This document shows positions 25,599 to 35,433 of a stretch of DNA of 64,000 nucleotides, one piece after another; the first letter of the stretch is position 1, and the number at the start of each line of letters is the position of its first letter. Below the pieces are notes generated by a model. The model had not been told where the DNA came from. It did not search any database and worked only from the letters and a program-made list of their open reading frames with translations. The stretch comes from a virus. Its lineage: Duplodnaviria > Caudoviricetes. The translations under genes were made by a program, and so were the position numbers. The DNA lies in the IMG/VR virus record IMGVR_UViG_3300017987_005501. One strand, 5' to 3'.

Positions 25599-27155
25599 AT
25601 GAGTCATTTCTTTAATATTAAGAAGAAAGATATTGGGTACAGCCGGTTTGGAGAAATTGAATGTGTACACGAAAATGTAATTACCCCTTGTTATATTCCC
25701 GTTGTACCTTTTTTAGACTCTTCGGACGATTCAATCAGGACTGAAAATATAACAAAAAGTTTTCCCAAGAAGCCGGGTTTATCCCAGGTTTTGTTGCATA
25801 ATAAAGATGGGAAGCTAAGTAAAAGCCAAAAAGAAAAGTTATCGACAAAAATTCATGAAACTCACCCACAATATGAGGGTGCTTTGTTTCTGGATAGTGG
25901 AGGGTTTAAGTTAATTAGAATGGATATTGAAGATATGCCTTTTAAGGAAGTTTTTGATATCCAGAAAGATGTTGGAGGCGACATCTTCTTCACTTTGGAT
26001 TATCCTATTATTAAGGATATGCCTTTTCCAATGCAGATTAAAAGGGCTAATAAAAGCCTGGATAACGCCATTAAAGCACTTCAATACCGTAAAGACCTTT
26101 GGGGGACTGCAACTGATAAACCTATTGTTTATGTTGCAGTGCATGGCACTTCTACGCAGTTTGTTAGGGACTATTTGGAGGAATTCTTCCGCCTCCTTAA
26201 AAAACACGATCTAGAAGATGTTCCATTTGGTTTCGCTCATGGGTCCTTGGTCCCCTTAAAGCATCGAAGGTATCTAGTATTGGATTTCCTTTACGAGACC
26301 AAAATGGTGTTGAAAGAAAAAGACATGTTAGACAAGGTCCCAATCCACGCATTTGGGATCTCGGGATCTTTAATTCCTCACCTTGGGCTATTAGGAATTG
26401 ATACCTTTGATAGTGCCTCTTATTTACTTTCGGCCGGGAACCACCAAATCTTTGATCCTGAAACATTAGAGACAATTAGTTTTATGGAAAAAGAAGATTC
26501 CGTCGAAAAAGGAAAGTATTGTAAGAGAAGAGGGATCGACCCCACGAAGTTTAAGAATCTAAAAGAAGCGTGGGGCTGTGATTGTATGTGGTGCGAGAAA
26601 GTAAAAAATGCATATCCTCCTGCGAAGGAAAATCTTGTTGATTTCGCACGAATTATCCAAAGAGTTGTGCCTCAAGAAGGGGGTTGGAGAGAGGATAAGG
26701 ATTTCTTACAATATCTAAAAGACCGAAATTTCGCATTTATGGACTATTTATATGTTCATATGATTTGTCACAACCTGACAGTCACTAATAATCTTGTTTC
26801 TAAAATGCATGAACATCTTAGGGCTGGGACATATGAAGGATTTTTCTTTGACTTCCTTAATAAAGTCCACCAAGGGAATTCTAAAAAACAAGTTAAGCAG
26901 ATAAGATTCCTCAATTCTATTTTGAAGGACCAACCAAAATTTTATGATCTAGCAGCAAAACACGTTCCCCAAATTAAAGGTAGGGAGCTACTAGAAACTA
27001 ACTCATCTCCTAAGAGACCAAAACTCGTGGACTTTAAAATGGACACTTCTGGAATCGGTTTGCACCCAGGGAAACATAAAAAAGCGGAGAAGAAAATTGC
27101 AGCAGAGAGAAGAATGAAAAAGGAGCAAACCTATTTTGAAGATGACCTTCTTTAA
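25599..27155 (+). CDS. Archaeal-type tRNA-guanine transglycosylase-like protein (arcTGT/DpdA family), no PUA domain
   Basis: SRFGEI...ITPCYIPV, DSGGF, FTLDYP, GSLVPL, IHAFG, DTFDSASY, zinc site CDCMWC...HN. Confidence 0.88.
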   Translation: MSHFFNIKKKDIGYSRFGEIECVHENVITPCYIPVVPFLDSSDDSIRTENITKSFPKKPGLSQVLLHNKDGKLSKSQKEKLSTKIHETHPQYEGALFLDSGGFKLIRMDIEDMPFKEVFDIQKDVGGDIFFTLDYPIIKDMPFPMQIKRANKSLDNAIKALQYRKDLWGTATDKPIVYVAVHGTSTQFVRDYLEEFFRLLKKHDLEDVPFGFAHGSLVPLKHRRYLVLDFLYETKMVLKEKDMLDKVPIHAFGISGSLIPHLGLLGIDTFDSASYLLSAGNHQIFDPETLETISFMEKEDSVEKGKYCKRRGIDPTKFKNLKEAWGCDCMWCEKVKNAYPPAKENLVDFARIIQRVVPQEGGWREDKDFLQYLKDRNFAFMDYLYVHMICHNLTVTNNLVSKMHEHLRAGTYEGFFFDFLNKVHQGNSKKQVKQIRFLNSILKDQPKFYDLAAKHVPQIKGRELLETNSSPKRPKLVDFKMDTSGIGLHPGKHKKAEKKIAAERRMKKEQTYFEDDLL

Positions 27156-27224
27156 AAAGGAGTTAATAGCCCAGATCATACTTAGATTATGGGCTATTTC
27201 TCTGTAATAAAAAGAAAAAGATTT

Positions 27225-28145
27225 ATGTCTACCCTAGAATTAAATACAGAACAATTTGATTTAAGAGTTCTTGAAAAACTTTTCGAAGAGGAGCCTTACC
27301 CTAATAGTGTGATCCTCGTAGGAAAAAAAGGGGTAGGAAAAAAAACTCTTGCAAAAAAGATTTGTTATCAGGTAAACAAGGAGAACCCTAAAGTCTTAAA
27401 AGGGAATTTTCCAGATTTACATTGTTATGGCCCTACCTTTAGCGGGAAAAATGTTTTCCAAAAAGCAGAGATCGAGGAAATTATTGAAAAAAGCTATATA
27501 AGGCCCATAGAAGGCCCTTATAAAGTATTTATAATGGACCAAATAACCACTTTTTCTTGGGGAGCGGGAGAAGCCTTTCTTAAAGTATTAGAGGAGCCCC
27601 CACCGAAAAATTTATATATTATGACAGCTGATTCATTATCCGGGATAATCCCTACGATTAAATCCCGTGCGATTAATATTAAGATTAAGGACTTACCTTC
27701 TCAGGAAATTATTCCAATTCTTAAAAATAGATACCCTGATAGCGATAAATTAGAAATTATTTCGAAATTATCAAATGGAAGTATTGGAACGGCGATTGAT
27801 ATTGTTAACCATAATTTATTAAGAATTCGGAATAAATTAAACGAACTATTGAAATCCCCAAATATTCTGCCTTATGATCTTATCAATACAACTCAGTGGT
27901 CTGAATTTCCAGAGGATTGGGAACAAAAAGATAAGGTTAAATTAATCCTACATTTCTTAAAAACATTTTGCGTAGACTCGCACAGGCCCTTTATTAATTC
28001 TGATTTAGAAGACATAAATATTCCTAACGTGGGAAAAATTATTAATCTAATATATCTGTTTGAGACAAAATTTCATCACGAGTATAATTTTCAAGTTCAT
28101 TTATTATCCTTTTGGATGGATCTGCATTATTTATTAAAATTATGA
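27225..28145 (+). CDS. holB: Clamp loader delta-prime-like subunit
   Basis: ILVGKKGVGKKTLA, FPDL, YKVFIMD, AFLKVLEEPP, IIPTIKSR, KLSNGSIGTA. Confidence 0.85.
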   Translation: MSTLELNTEQFDLRVLEKLFEEEPYPNSVILVGKKGVGKKTLAKKICYQVNKENPKVLKGNFPDLHCYGPTFSGKNVFQKAEIEEIIEKSYIRPIEGPYKVFIMDQITTFSWGAGEAFLKVLEEPPPKNLYIMTADSLSGIIPTIKSRAINIKIKDLPSQEIIPILKNRYPDSDKLEIISKLSNGSIGTAIDIVNHNLLRIRNKLNELLKSPNILPYDLINTTQWSEFPEDWEQKDKVKLILHFLKTFCVDSHRPFINSDLEDINIPNVGKIINLIYLFETKFHHEYNFQVHLLSFWMDLHYLLKL

Positions 28146-29137
28146 GTTATAAGACATTTGAAAAGAATTTAAAAGCATTTCGGGATAACAAAAAGAAGAG
28201 TCTTTTCGCTGTTTGTGGAGAAGAATCCTATTTTCGTGAGTTATATATTCAAGTCATTCGAAATTTATACGAAGACTTGCCCACACAGCGAATAAATGCT
28301 GAAAAAGTTTCCGAATCGGAACTTATTTCAAGTTTTGAGTCCGATGACTTGTTATCAGATACGAGTTTCCTGGAAATAACCAATATCGAAAAAATAAAAA
28401 ATTGTGAAAAAATTCTAAAAAAATTCCTGGATAGCCCTGAAGGCCTTGTTGTTTTATTCATATCCGAAAAGAATAATAAGAAAAACAAGATTTATAAGGT
28501 TTTAAGTGGCCATAAAAATGTTTTGTACCTCCCGGCAGAAAGTTTAACCCTTTATAACGATGATGTTGATTTATTTATCGATCGACTTTGCACTGTTAAA
28601 CGATTCAAAATAGAATCGAAAGCAAAGAAAATTATCAAAGAATACTATGGGGCAAACTTATACGCGATTGCGAATGAATTGGAAAAATTATTCATTTTTT
28701 GTGAAGAGAAAAAATCTATTAATCTTGAGGATACATTAAGAACGGTCACACAGTTAGAGCGTGACAACGTCTTCGAGATTGTTGATTACATTTTAAAAGC
28801 AGACCTACAGCAGGCATTAAAAAAGACAACAAGTCTTTTTAACTTTGAGTCAAACGCTGAAATGATGATTACGTATACTTTGGGAAAACATCTTGAAAAA
28901 ATAGTGGTTGTAAAATCCTTATTGAAGAAGACGGCAGACGTTGGGGAAATTGCTAAGACTCTAAACCTCTCCCCATTTATTTTAAAAAAGCAGTATATTC
29001 CAGCTGCAAAAAAATTGAAACTCAGTAAAATTCGTGAAATCATAAGGGAGTTGTCAAACTTGGACATCCAATTTAAATCAATGAGGTATTCTCATCAAGT
29101 CTTGATGGAGAATTTCTTAACTAAAATTTGTAGGTAA
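28142..29137 (+). CDS. holA: Clamp loader delta-like subunit
   Basis: LFAVCGEESYF, DLLSD, GANLYAIANELEKL, NVFEIVD, LSNLDIQFK. Confidence 0.82.
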   Translation: MSYKTFEKNLKAFRDNKKKSLFAVCGEESYFRELYIQVIRNLYEDLPTQRINAEKVSESELISSFESDDLLSDTSFLEITNIEKIKNCEKILKKFLDSPEGLVVLFISEKNNKKNKIYKVLSGHKNVLYLPAESLTLYNDDVDLFIDRLCTVKRFKIESKAKKIIKEYYGANLYAIANELEKLFIFCEEKKSINLEDTLRTVTQLERDNVFEIVDYILKADLQQALKKTTSLFNFESNAEMMITYTLGKHLEKIVVVKSLLKKTADVGEIAKTLNLSPFILKKQYIPAAKKLKLSKIREIIRELSNLDIQFKSMRYSHQVLMENFLTKICR

Positions 29138-29171
29138 ATAGAATAAGCTCGAAGAGAAGAGAGGTTATATC

Positions 29172-32100
29172 ATGCAGACATCGACAGCAGTAATCCAGGA
29201 TTCCATATTCAGTACCCAAATGGCTTATGAAAATTGGATAAGCAAATACCGGTATAAACAAGAAAACCCAATCGATACTTTTAGAAGAGTTGCAAAAGAG
29301 TTAGCAAAAATAGAAGCTCCAGATAAAAGAGAATATTGGGAAGATAAATTTTTCCATGCAATGGTTAAAGTGGAAAACGGAATAGCAGTCGGGCTAAAAT
29401 GTACTCCTGGCGGAAGAATCACATCAAACGCAGGAGCGAAAGATAAAAATAAGGGAGGAAAAGCAACCCTTTTTAATTGTTTTATTAATGGCCCCGTAAC
29501 AAACGCAAATATTAATTATTCAAAGGATATCCAGAACGAAAAGGTAGCATTTAAACTTAAGACCTCCGATTCCCCGGATGACCTTAATAATATTTTTCTA
29601 ACTATCCTAGAGCAAGCAAAAACACTTGCATCCGAAGGTGGTTATGGAATTAATTTTGATTTTATTCGTCCTCGAGGTTCTGTTATTAAGGGAACGAAAA
29701 TTAAGCATCCTGGAGTCTTATCCTATATGAATGTTTGGGATACGGTTGCAGCGATGATTATCAAGGGGGATAACGATGGCTATGCTGATACCCTCAAAAA
29801 TTATTTAACGGAAGAAGAACAAGAACGCTGGGAAGCGGAATTTGAAAACTTAAAGAGGGCACCTCGCAAAGGTGCTATGATGGGATGTTTAACCGTATCA
29901 CACCCTGATATCGAAGAGTTTGTGCGTGCCAAACAAACTCCAGGAGTTTTGACAAAGTTTAACATCTCAGTTGTTGTAACAGATGAGTTTATGACAGCAG
30001 TTGCAGAAGACAACCTTTTCGAATTAAAATTTAATGGTAAAGTTTATAAAAGAATCAAAGCTCGCGACCTTTTTGACCTCATTATGAAAAGTACCTATAA
30101 CCGGGCAGAACCAGGGATTCTTTTCTACGATAATATGCAGAGAAATAACCCGATTAGTTACCTAGGAAAGGTTAATGCAACGAACCCGTGTTTTACTGGG
30201 GAAATGCGTCTTCATACCAACAAAGGGCTTATAACATTTAAGCAGCTGCATGAGAATGGGAAGAAAAATATCGTTGTCGTAGACGAAAGAGTTTATGACG
30301 AAGGTAAAATCGATACTGAAAATTTAGGAACTTCCTTAAAAAGGGCATCGGAAGTTGTACTAACGGAGAAAAAAGCTAAAATTTTAAGGATTACAACTTT
30401 GGATGGCCGAGAACTTAGAGTTACCCCCTACCATAGATTCCCTACCCTTACGGGATTTAAGGAAGCTAAAGACCTATCAATCAACGATCCTATTTATTTG
30501 CAATCGGAGGAGGGGCGATGGGGGAAAAAAGGATCCTTTGAGTATGGGATTTTAGTGGGGCTACTTACTGGGGATGGCACTTTCTCCCAAGACATTGATT
30601 ATAGAACTGAAAGTAATTATTCCTCGGACCGTGCAATTATTTCCTTATGGAACGAGGATACGGACACTATTAATCGGGTTCGGGGTTTCCTTAAAGTTCT
30701 GTTTAATAAGGAGTTGAAAGGAAATCTTAAAAAGAATGCTTCTATTAATGGGTATTCAAGATTTAATTTCTCCTCAAATCTTCTTTACTCAAAAATTAAA
30801 TTAGACCTGGATGAAGAAAATCCAAGACTTATTAAAGCTCGGGTTCCAGATTTCGTTTTCAAGGGAAGTCGCGAGATGATCGTGGGATACCTCCAAGGTT
30901 TATTTTATGCAGATGGTAGTGTGAATTTTAGCGATAAAAAAAGAGATTTAACACTTCGGCTTGCTCAAAGCAATAAAAAGCTTTTACAAGATGTCCAAAA
31001 TTTACTTTCTAGTTTTGGCATTAACGCAAAGCTACGAAAAGCCCGAGACGAAAACGAAACAATGCTTCCTGATGGAAGAGGGGGTTATAAGGCATATTCC
31101 TGTAAAGCTAATTATGAGCTTATTCTAAATAGGTTTAACACCATAAGGTTTAAGGAAAGAATTGGCTTATTCGGAAAAGCAAAAAATAAGAAATTAGATA
31201 ATGCTTTACAAACATTCCAAAAAAACCCATATAAAGAAAAATTTGAAACGAAAATTATTTCAATCGAAGAAGATGGGGAAGAGGACGTTTATTGCCTAAA
31301 CCAACCAGAAAACGAGTCCATTATTGTAAATGGAGTTTTAACTGGAAATTGCGGAGAGATTCCGGGAAATCCAACTATCTCAACAACTTGTTTATTAGGG
31401 AACTTAAACCTAACTGCCTATGTGAGAAAAGATAGAACATTCGATTATGAGTCTTTTAAGGAAGACGTAAAAACATTTGCTAGGTTATTGGATAATGTAA
31501 ATGATATTTCTTTTTTGCCTCTTTCAAGATATGAAAATGCTGTTAAGTCATTAAGGCAATATGGAATGGGTCTAAATGGTCTTGGTTCTGCCTTAATCAT
31601 GATGGGAATCCCCTATAATTCCCCGGAAGGAATTGCTTTTGCCGAAGAATTGGCATATCTTAAAGAAAATATTACGATGCAAACCAGTGCCTTACTCGCA
31701 AAAGAAAAAGGCGCTTTTCCTTATTATTGTGAGGATTTTCTAGATACGGATTATTTTAAGTCTGATAGGCTAACAAGCGAAACAAAGGCTTTAGTTAAAA
31801 AGTATGGAGTTAGAAACGCAAAAACAACAACGAACCCACCCAATGGAAATACTTCCATTATCTGTGATATTGTCTCAAACGGAATTGAACCTGTGTTCAT
31901 GCTTGAATACGAGCGATTTAGAATGGCGGACGACTGGCCAGAAGGATTAAATCTCGATAATGTTAAAACTTTACTGGATGAAATCAAGATTGGAGATGCT
32001 ATTGCTTGGAGAGGAAAATATAAAGGATCTGAATATTATTTCGAGCCCCAAAATAGAGGTCTTTGTATTGTAGAACCAGTCCGAGACTATGGGTATCAGT

Positions 32101-32924
32101 GGGTTCTAGATAATTATCCAGACGACAAAAAGAAAAAGTACCTAGTAACAACAGAAAAATTAAAGGTTGAAGATCATATTAGTATGCAAGCTGCCGTTCA
32201 ATATTATTGTAACCAGTCAATCTCAAAAACAATTAACCTTCCGAACGACTATAAATTTGAAAATTTTAAGAAAGTTTACGTTAAAGGTTGGGAGGCTGGA
32301 TTATTGGGAGTTACAACCTATAGAGCGGGTACGATGGAAGCTGTTATCAAGGAAAAAGACAAGAAAGAAGAAGAAAAGGTTATGTGGGATAGTGTAAAAC
32401 TTCCCAAGAAATTCCTAAATGGGGCAACACACGTAATTAAACGTGAAGGAATGAAATTTTATATTCATTTTTCTTTCCTCCCTGCGGATGTTGAGAATAA
32501 AAAACCTGTTGCAATCTGGATTAACTCTAACCATAAACCAAAACACGAGTCGGCACAAACAAGAAAGATGATTAGTATTATCGCAGATTTATGTAAGGAA
32601 AAGGGAGTAAATCCAGATATTGTTGATCAGTACATGGAAAAAATTATGAAAAATGATTTACATGTGCGTCTTGCTAAAATCGCGTCTCTTGCTTTAAGAC
32701 ATAACGTAACTCCTAAGGAGATTGTCGAAACATCTAGAGATATCCCTAACTTAGACGTAACAACTTTAGTTTATGCCGTAAGAAAATTCCTTAGCGCACA
32801 TATTAAAAATGGAACTCCAGTCCAAGATAAGGTTTGCGAAAATAAAAAATGTAAATCAACAAACCTTATTTATGAGAGTGGCTGTATTAAATGTCTAGAT
32901 TGTGGAACTTCCGGTTGCGATTAA
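29172..32924 (+). CDS. nrdJ: Class II (B12-dependent) ribonucleotide reductase with intein and C-terminal zinc ribbon
   Basis: TPGGRITSNAG, NCF, GGYGINFDFIRPRG, RKGAMM, HPDIEEF, FNISV, AEPGILF, ATNP|intein|CGE, CLLGNLNL, GMGLNGL, PNGNTS, SISKTIN, TTYRAGT; C-terminal YESGCIKCLDCG. Confidence 0.93.
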   Translation: MQTSTAVIQDSIFSTQMAYENWISKYRYKQENPIDTFRRVAKELAKIEAPDKREYWEDKFFHAMVKVENGIAVGLKCTPGGRITSNAGAKDKNKGGKATLFNCFINGPVTNANINYSKDIQNEKVAFKLKTSDSPDDLNNIFLTILEQAKTLASEGGYGINFDFIRPRGSVIKGTKIKHPGVLSYMNVWDTVAAMIIKGDNDGYADTLKNYLTEEEQERWEAEFENLKRAPRKGAMMGCLTVSHPDIEEFVRAKQTPGVLTKFNISVVVTDEFMTAVAEDNLFELKFNGKVYKRIKARDLFDLIMKSTYNRAEPGILFYDNMQRNNPISYLGKVNATNPCFTGEMRLHTNKGLITFKQLHENGKKNIVVVDERVYDEGKIDTENLGTSLKRASEVVLTEKKAKILRITTLDGRELRVTPYHRFPTLTGFKEAKDLSINDPIYLQSEEGRWGKKGSFEYGILVGLLTGDGTFSQDIDYRTESNYSSDRAIISLWNEDTDTINRVRGFLKVLFNKELKGNLKKNASINGYSRFNFSSNLLYSKIKLDLDEENPRLIKARVPDFVFKGSREMIVGYLQGLFYADGSVNFSDKKRDLTLRLAQSNKKLLQDVQNLLSSFGINAKLRKARDENETMLPDGRGGYKAYSCKANYELILNRFNTIRFKERIGLFGKAKNKKLDNALQTFQKNPYKEKFETKIISIEEDGEEDVYCLNQPENESIIVNGVLTGNCGEIPGNPTISTTCLLGNLNLTAYVRKDRTFDYESFKEDVKTFARLLDNVNDISFLPLSRYENAVKSLRQYGMGLNGLGSALIMMGIPYNSPEGIAFAEELAYLKENITMQTSALLAKEKGAFPYYCEDFLDTDYFKSDRLTSETKALVKKYGVRNAKTTTNPPNGNTSIICDIVSNGIEPVFMLEYERFRMADDWPEGLNLDNVKTLLDEIKIGDAIAWRGKYKGSEYYFEPQNRGLCIVEPVRDYGYQWVLDNYPDDKKKKYLVTTEKLKVEDHISMQAAVQYYCNQSISKTINLPNDYKFENFKKVYVKGWEAGLLGVTTYRAGTMEAVIKEKDKKEEEKVMWDSVKLPKKFLNGATHVIKREGMKFYIHFSFLPADVENKKPVAIWINSNHKPKHESAQTRKMISIIADLCKEKGVNPDIVDQYMEKIMKNDLHVRLAKIASLALRHNVTPKEIVETSRDIPNLDVTTLVYAVRKFLSAHIKNGTPVQDKVCENKKCKSTNLIYESGCIKCLDCGTSGCD
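30189..31349 (+). mobile_element. Intein with LAGLIDADG endonuclease in NrdJ (387 aa)
   Basis: Starts CFTGEM after TNP and ends LTGN before the catalytic Cys (CGE). VTPYHRF, GLLTGDG, YLQGLFYADGSV, VYCL. Confidence 0.92.
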
Positions 32925-32946
32925 ATAATTAAAATAAACTGGAACT

Positions 32947-32974
32947 AAAAAAGCCCAACCCCTTTTGGGCTTTT
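32947..32974 (+). terminator. Intrinsic terminator after nrdJ
   Basis: AAAAGCCCA...TGGGCTTTT stem followed by T-rich sequence. Confidence 0.7.
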
Positions 32975-33032
32975 GCCTTTTTAAAAGTAATTTGAATTCC
33001 TCCTATTGTATTATTATAGAAAAGGGGGAAAA

Positions 33033-33851
33033 ATGCATAAGAAATACGCAAAAGAAAACCTTCCTAGCTTTATAATTATTGGGGCACAGAAAGCGGGGAC
33101 AACTTCTTTATATAACGATATAACACAACACCCAAAAATTTTTAGGGCGAAGGATAAGGAACCTTCTTATTTCAATGTTTTTTATGATAAAGGTCTAGAC
33201 TGGTATAAGTCTTTTTTTAAAAATAGAAAACCAACAAAAGTTCCCGATATAAGAAATGGGGGGATCATGGATCCTCTTAGATATGGGAGCCGGGACCAAA
33301 TTACAGGGGAAGCAACTCCTCTATATTTAACGGATGAAGTTCAAACAAGAATTAAAGACTTAATCCCTCACGTTAAAATAATAGCCCTCCTTAGAGACCC
33401 TATTAAAAGAGCTTGGTCCGGGTATCAACATAATAGATATTATCGCCCGAAATCTGAAAATAGGGACTTTTTAACTGCGGTTTCCTGGGAACTTCCCGAC
33501 ACCTATTTAGAGGAAAAAAAGAATTTCAAGGGAAGAAAATTCCCCTATCTCTCAACGGGACTCTATGCCGAACATCTAAAAAGATGGTACCAAGTTTTCG
33601 ATAAGGAACAAATCTTAGTTATTGACAGCGAGCGTTATTTTAAGAATAGGCTTAAATGTTGTCATCTAGTTCTCGAATTTTTAGGTCTCGAAAAATTTAA
33701 TCCCATGATTGGGTTCCATCACATGAAGGGGAAGGGGCCTCAAATAAATCAAGAAGACTATTTGAAATTAAAAAACTTTTATATAGAGGCTAATAAAGAA
33801 TTAAAAACTCTTATTGGGGAATTTAGCTGGATGAAAAATTATGAACATTAA
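33033..33851 (+). CDS. PAPS-dependent sulfotransferase (Sulfotransfer_1 / heparan-sulfate-type fold)
   Basis: PSFIIIGAQKAGTTSLY (5'-PSB loop), KEPSYF, GEATPLY, LLRDPIKRAWS (3'-PB), GLYAEHLKRW. Confidence 0.9.
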   Translation: MHKKYAKENLPSFIIIGAQKAGTTSLYNDITQHPKIFRAKDKEPSYFNVFYDKGLDWYKSFFKNRKPTKVPDIRNGGIMDPLRYGSRDQITGEATPLYLTDEVQTRIKDLIPHVKIIALLRDPIKRAWSGYQHNRYYRPKSENRDFLTAVSWELPDTYLEEKKNFKGRKFPYLSTGLYAEHLKRWYQVFDKEQILVIDSERYFKNRLKCCHLVLEFLGLEKFNPMIGFHHMKGKGPQINQEDYLKLKNFYIEANKELKTLIGEFSWMKNYEH

Positions 33852-34539
33852 TCTTGACGATTATTCATTTGTTACTAATTGCAGCCCTCTATGGGGTAGA
33901 AAATATAATAATTGGCTATTATATAAGAGAGAGTCCAAGTTAATAGAAACATCCTATTTAGTTCACCCAGAAACGCAAGAGCATACCCCAGTTAAGTTAG
34001 TTCAAAAAGAATATGCTTTTAAATGGAACCTTCCTGCAAAATTTGTTATCGAGGAAGATTGGATTATTGAATTTTCTGACGAAAAAAGAAAACTTGGGCT
34101 ATACAGATTTCCGTTAATGAAAGAAGGAAAAACTTTTAAGGAGCAATCTGATATTCTTTATAATGTTTCTCCCGAAGACGTGGACAAGGTCGCCCCTGGG
34201 TTTGATTTTGATTTTACAAATACAAAAGTTGTGTCCTTTGACATTAACAAAATAAAAGCAATCTGCTTTGAATTAAAAGAAATCCCAGAAACGGAACTAA
34301 AACGGGTTGAAAAAGAATGGAAAGAAATTAGCAAAAAACAAATTATGATAGAAGAGGAATTAGGTTCAGTTAGCTTATTAATGGAATCTAATTATGAAGC
34401 GCAAATCAACACAGCTAAAAAAGTTGCGGCTCTTCAACCCCGCTACGAGGACATCCTAAGAGACCTCTTATTGAGTAAAATTAACATTGACAACGCAAGC
34501 GAATTAACGGATAACATTATTACCAAAGAAATTTTATAA
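33841..34539 (+). CDS. Hypothetical protein
   Basis: Overlapping operon ORF, 232 aa. Confidence 0.65.
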   Translation: MNINLDDYSFVTNCSPLWGRKYNNWLLYKRESKLIETSYLVHPETQEHTPVKLVQKEYAFKWNLPAKFVIEEDWIIEFSDEKRKLGLYRFPLMKEGKTFKEQSDILYNVSPEDVDKVAPGFDFDFTNTKVVSFDINKIKAICFELKEIPETELKRVEKEWKEISKKQIMIEEELGSVSLLMESNYEAQINTAKKVAALQPRYEDILRDLLLSKINIDNASELTDNIITKEIL

Positions 34540-34907
34540 TGCCAAAAAATCTAATCTTGTTATATAAGGATTTAGACCTAGAGCTTTATTCAATAAAAGG
34601 GATTCCCAAAGATATAAAAAATGTTTCTTTAGATGCCCTTGCCTCCGTGGTAATTCGGCATTGCTCGTTTAGTTTAGGAGAAGATGCCCCGGAGTTATCA
34701 AATATAATAATAGCAGAAGACCCAACAAAAGAAGAAATTAAAGAGGTTCATAAAATTTATAAACAGATTTTACAAGTAAAAATAGATAGCGGATATCTCG
34801 CAGTAAATTTAAGCGGAAGGGAGTTTGACAGTGGAGAATCTTCTCACGAAAAAAGAAGCGAAACTATTAGCGAAAATCTACCGGAAAATGCCGGATTTGA
34901 GCCTTAG
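34539..34907 (+). CDS. Hypothetical protein
   Basis: Stop/start-coupled ORF. Confidence 0.55.
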   Translation: MPKNLILLYKDLDLELYSIKGIPKDIKNVSLDALASVVIRHCSFSLGEDAPELSNIIIAEDPTKEEIKEVHKIYKQILQVKIDSGYLAVNLSGREFDSGESSHEKRSETISENLPENAGFEP

Positions 34908-35433
34908 CTGCCCGGCAGAGGAAGGCACAAAGAAGATTCTTCAGCTTGGGGAAGAGGAAATTCCTCCATGTAAAAAACATTGCTGTAATAGCCAAATTTT
35001 ATTAACTTTTATTGAGTTTGCTTATGCCTTTGACTACGTGAGGAACCTATTACAGAGTTATCCGGACATACTAAATGATATCTTGAATAGCTCAAATGAG
35101 CCCTATTGTATTTTCTTAAGCGACGAAAAACGTTGTTTAGTTTACGAAGCTCGCCCCTATGCCTGTAGATGCTTTCACCGCACAGACTTAAAAAACCCAG
35201 ATAAATGTGAAGTGAAACATCTTAATAAGACTGCAAAAAATATCGATCGATTAAATAGGGCAGTTAAACAACAAACAAAAGAAGTCGTTAATCTTTTAGA
35301 TAAGGGCACGAAAAAGAAGATTGGGACGAAAGAAATGATTTTAAACTATTCTTCCCCCCAGGTGCAGGCAACTTTTGAGGGGTGGATTGCTCTTTTGGGG
35401 AAGGTTATAGAGGAACAAAAAGAATGCAGCTAG
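34825..35433 (+). CDS. YkgJ-family Cys-cluster (Zn/Fe-S chelating) protein
   Basis: CKKHCC, CIFL...CLVYEARPYACRCF. Confidence 0.8.
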   Translation: MTVENLLTKKEAKLLAKIYRKMPDLSLSCPAEEGTKKILQLGEEEIPPCKKHCCNSQILLTFIEFAYAFDYVRNLLQSYPDILNDILNSSNEPYCIFLSDEKRCLVYEARPYACRCFHRTDLKNPDKCEVKHLNKTAKNIDRLNRAVKQQTKEVVNLLDKGTKKKIGTKEMILNYSSPQVQATFEGWIALLGKVIEEQKECS

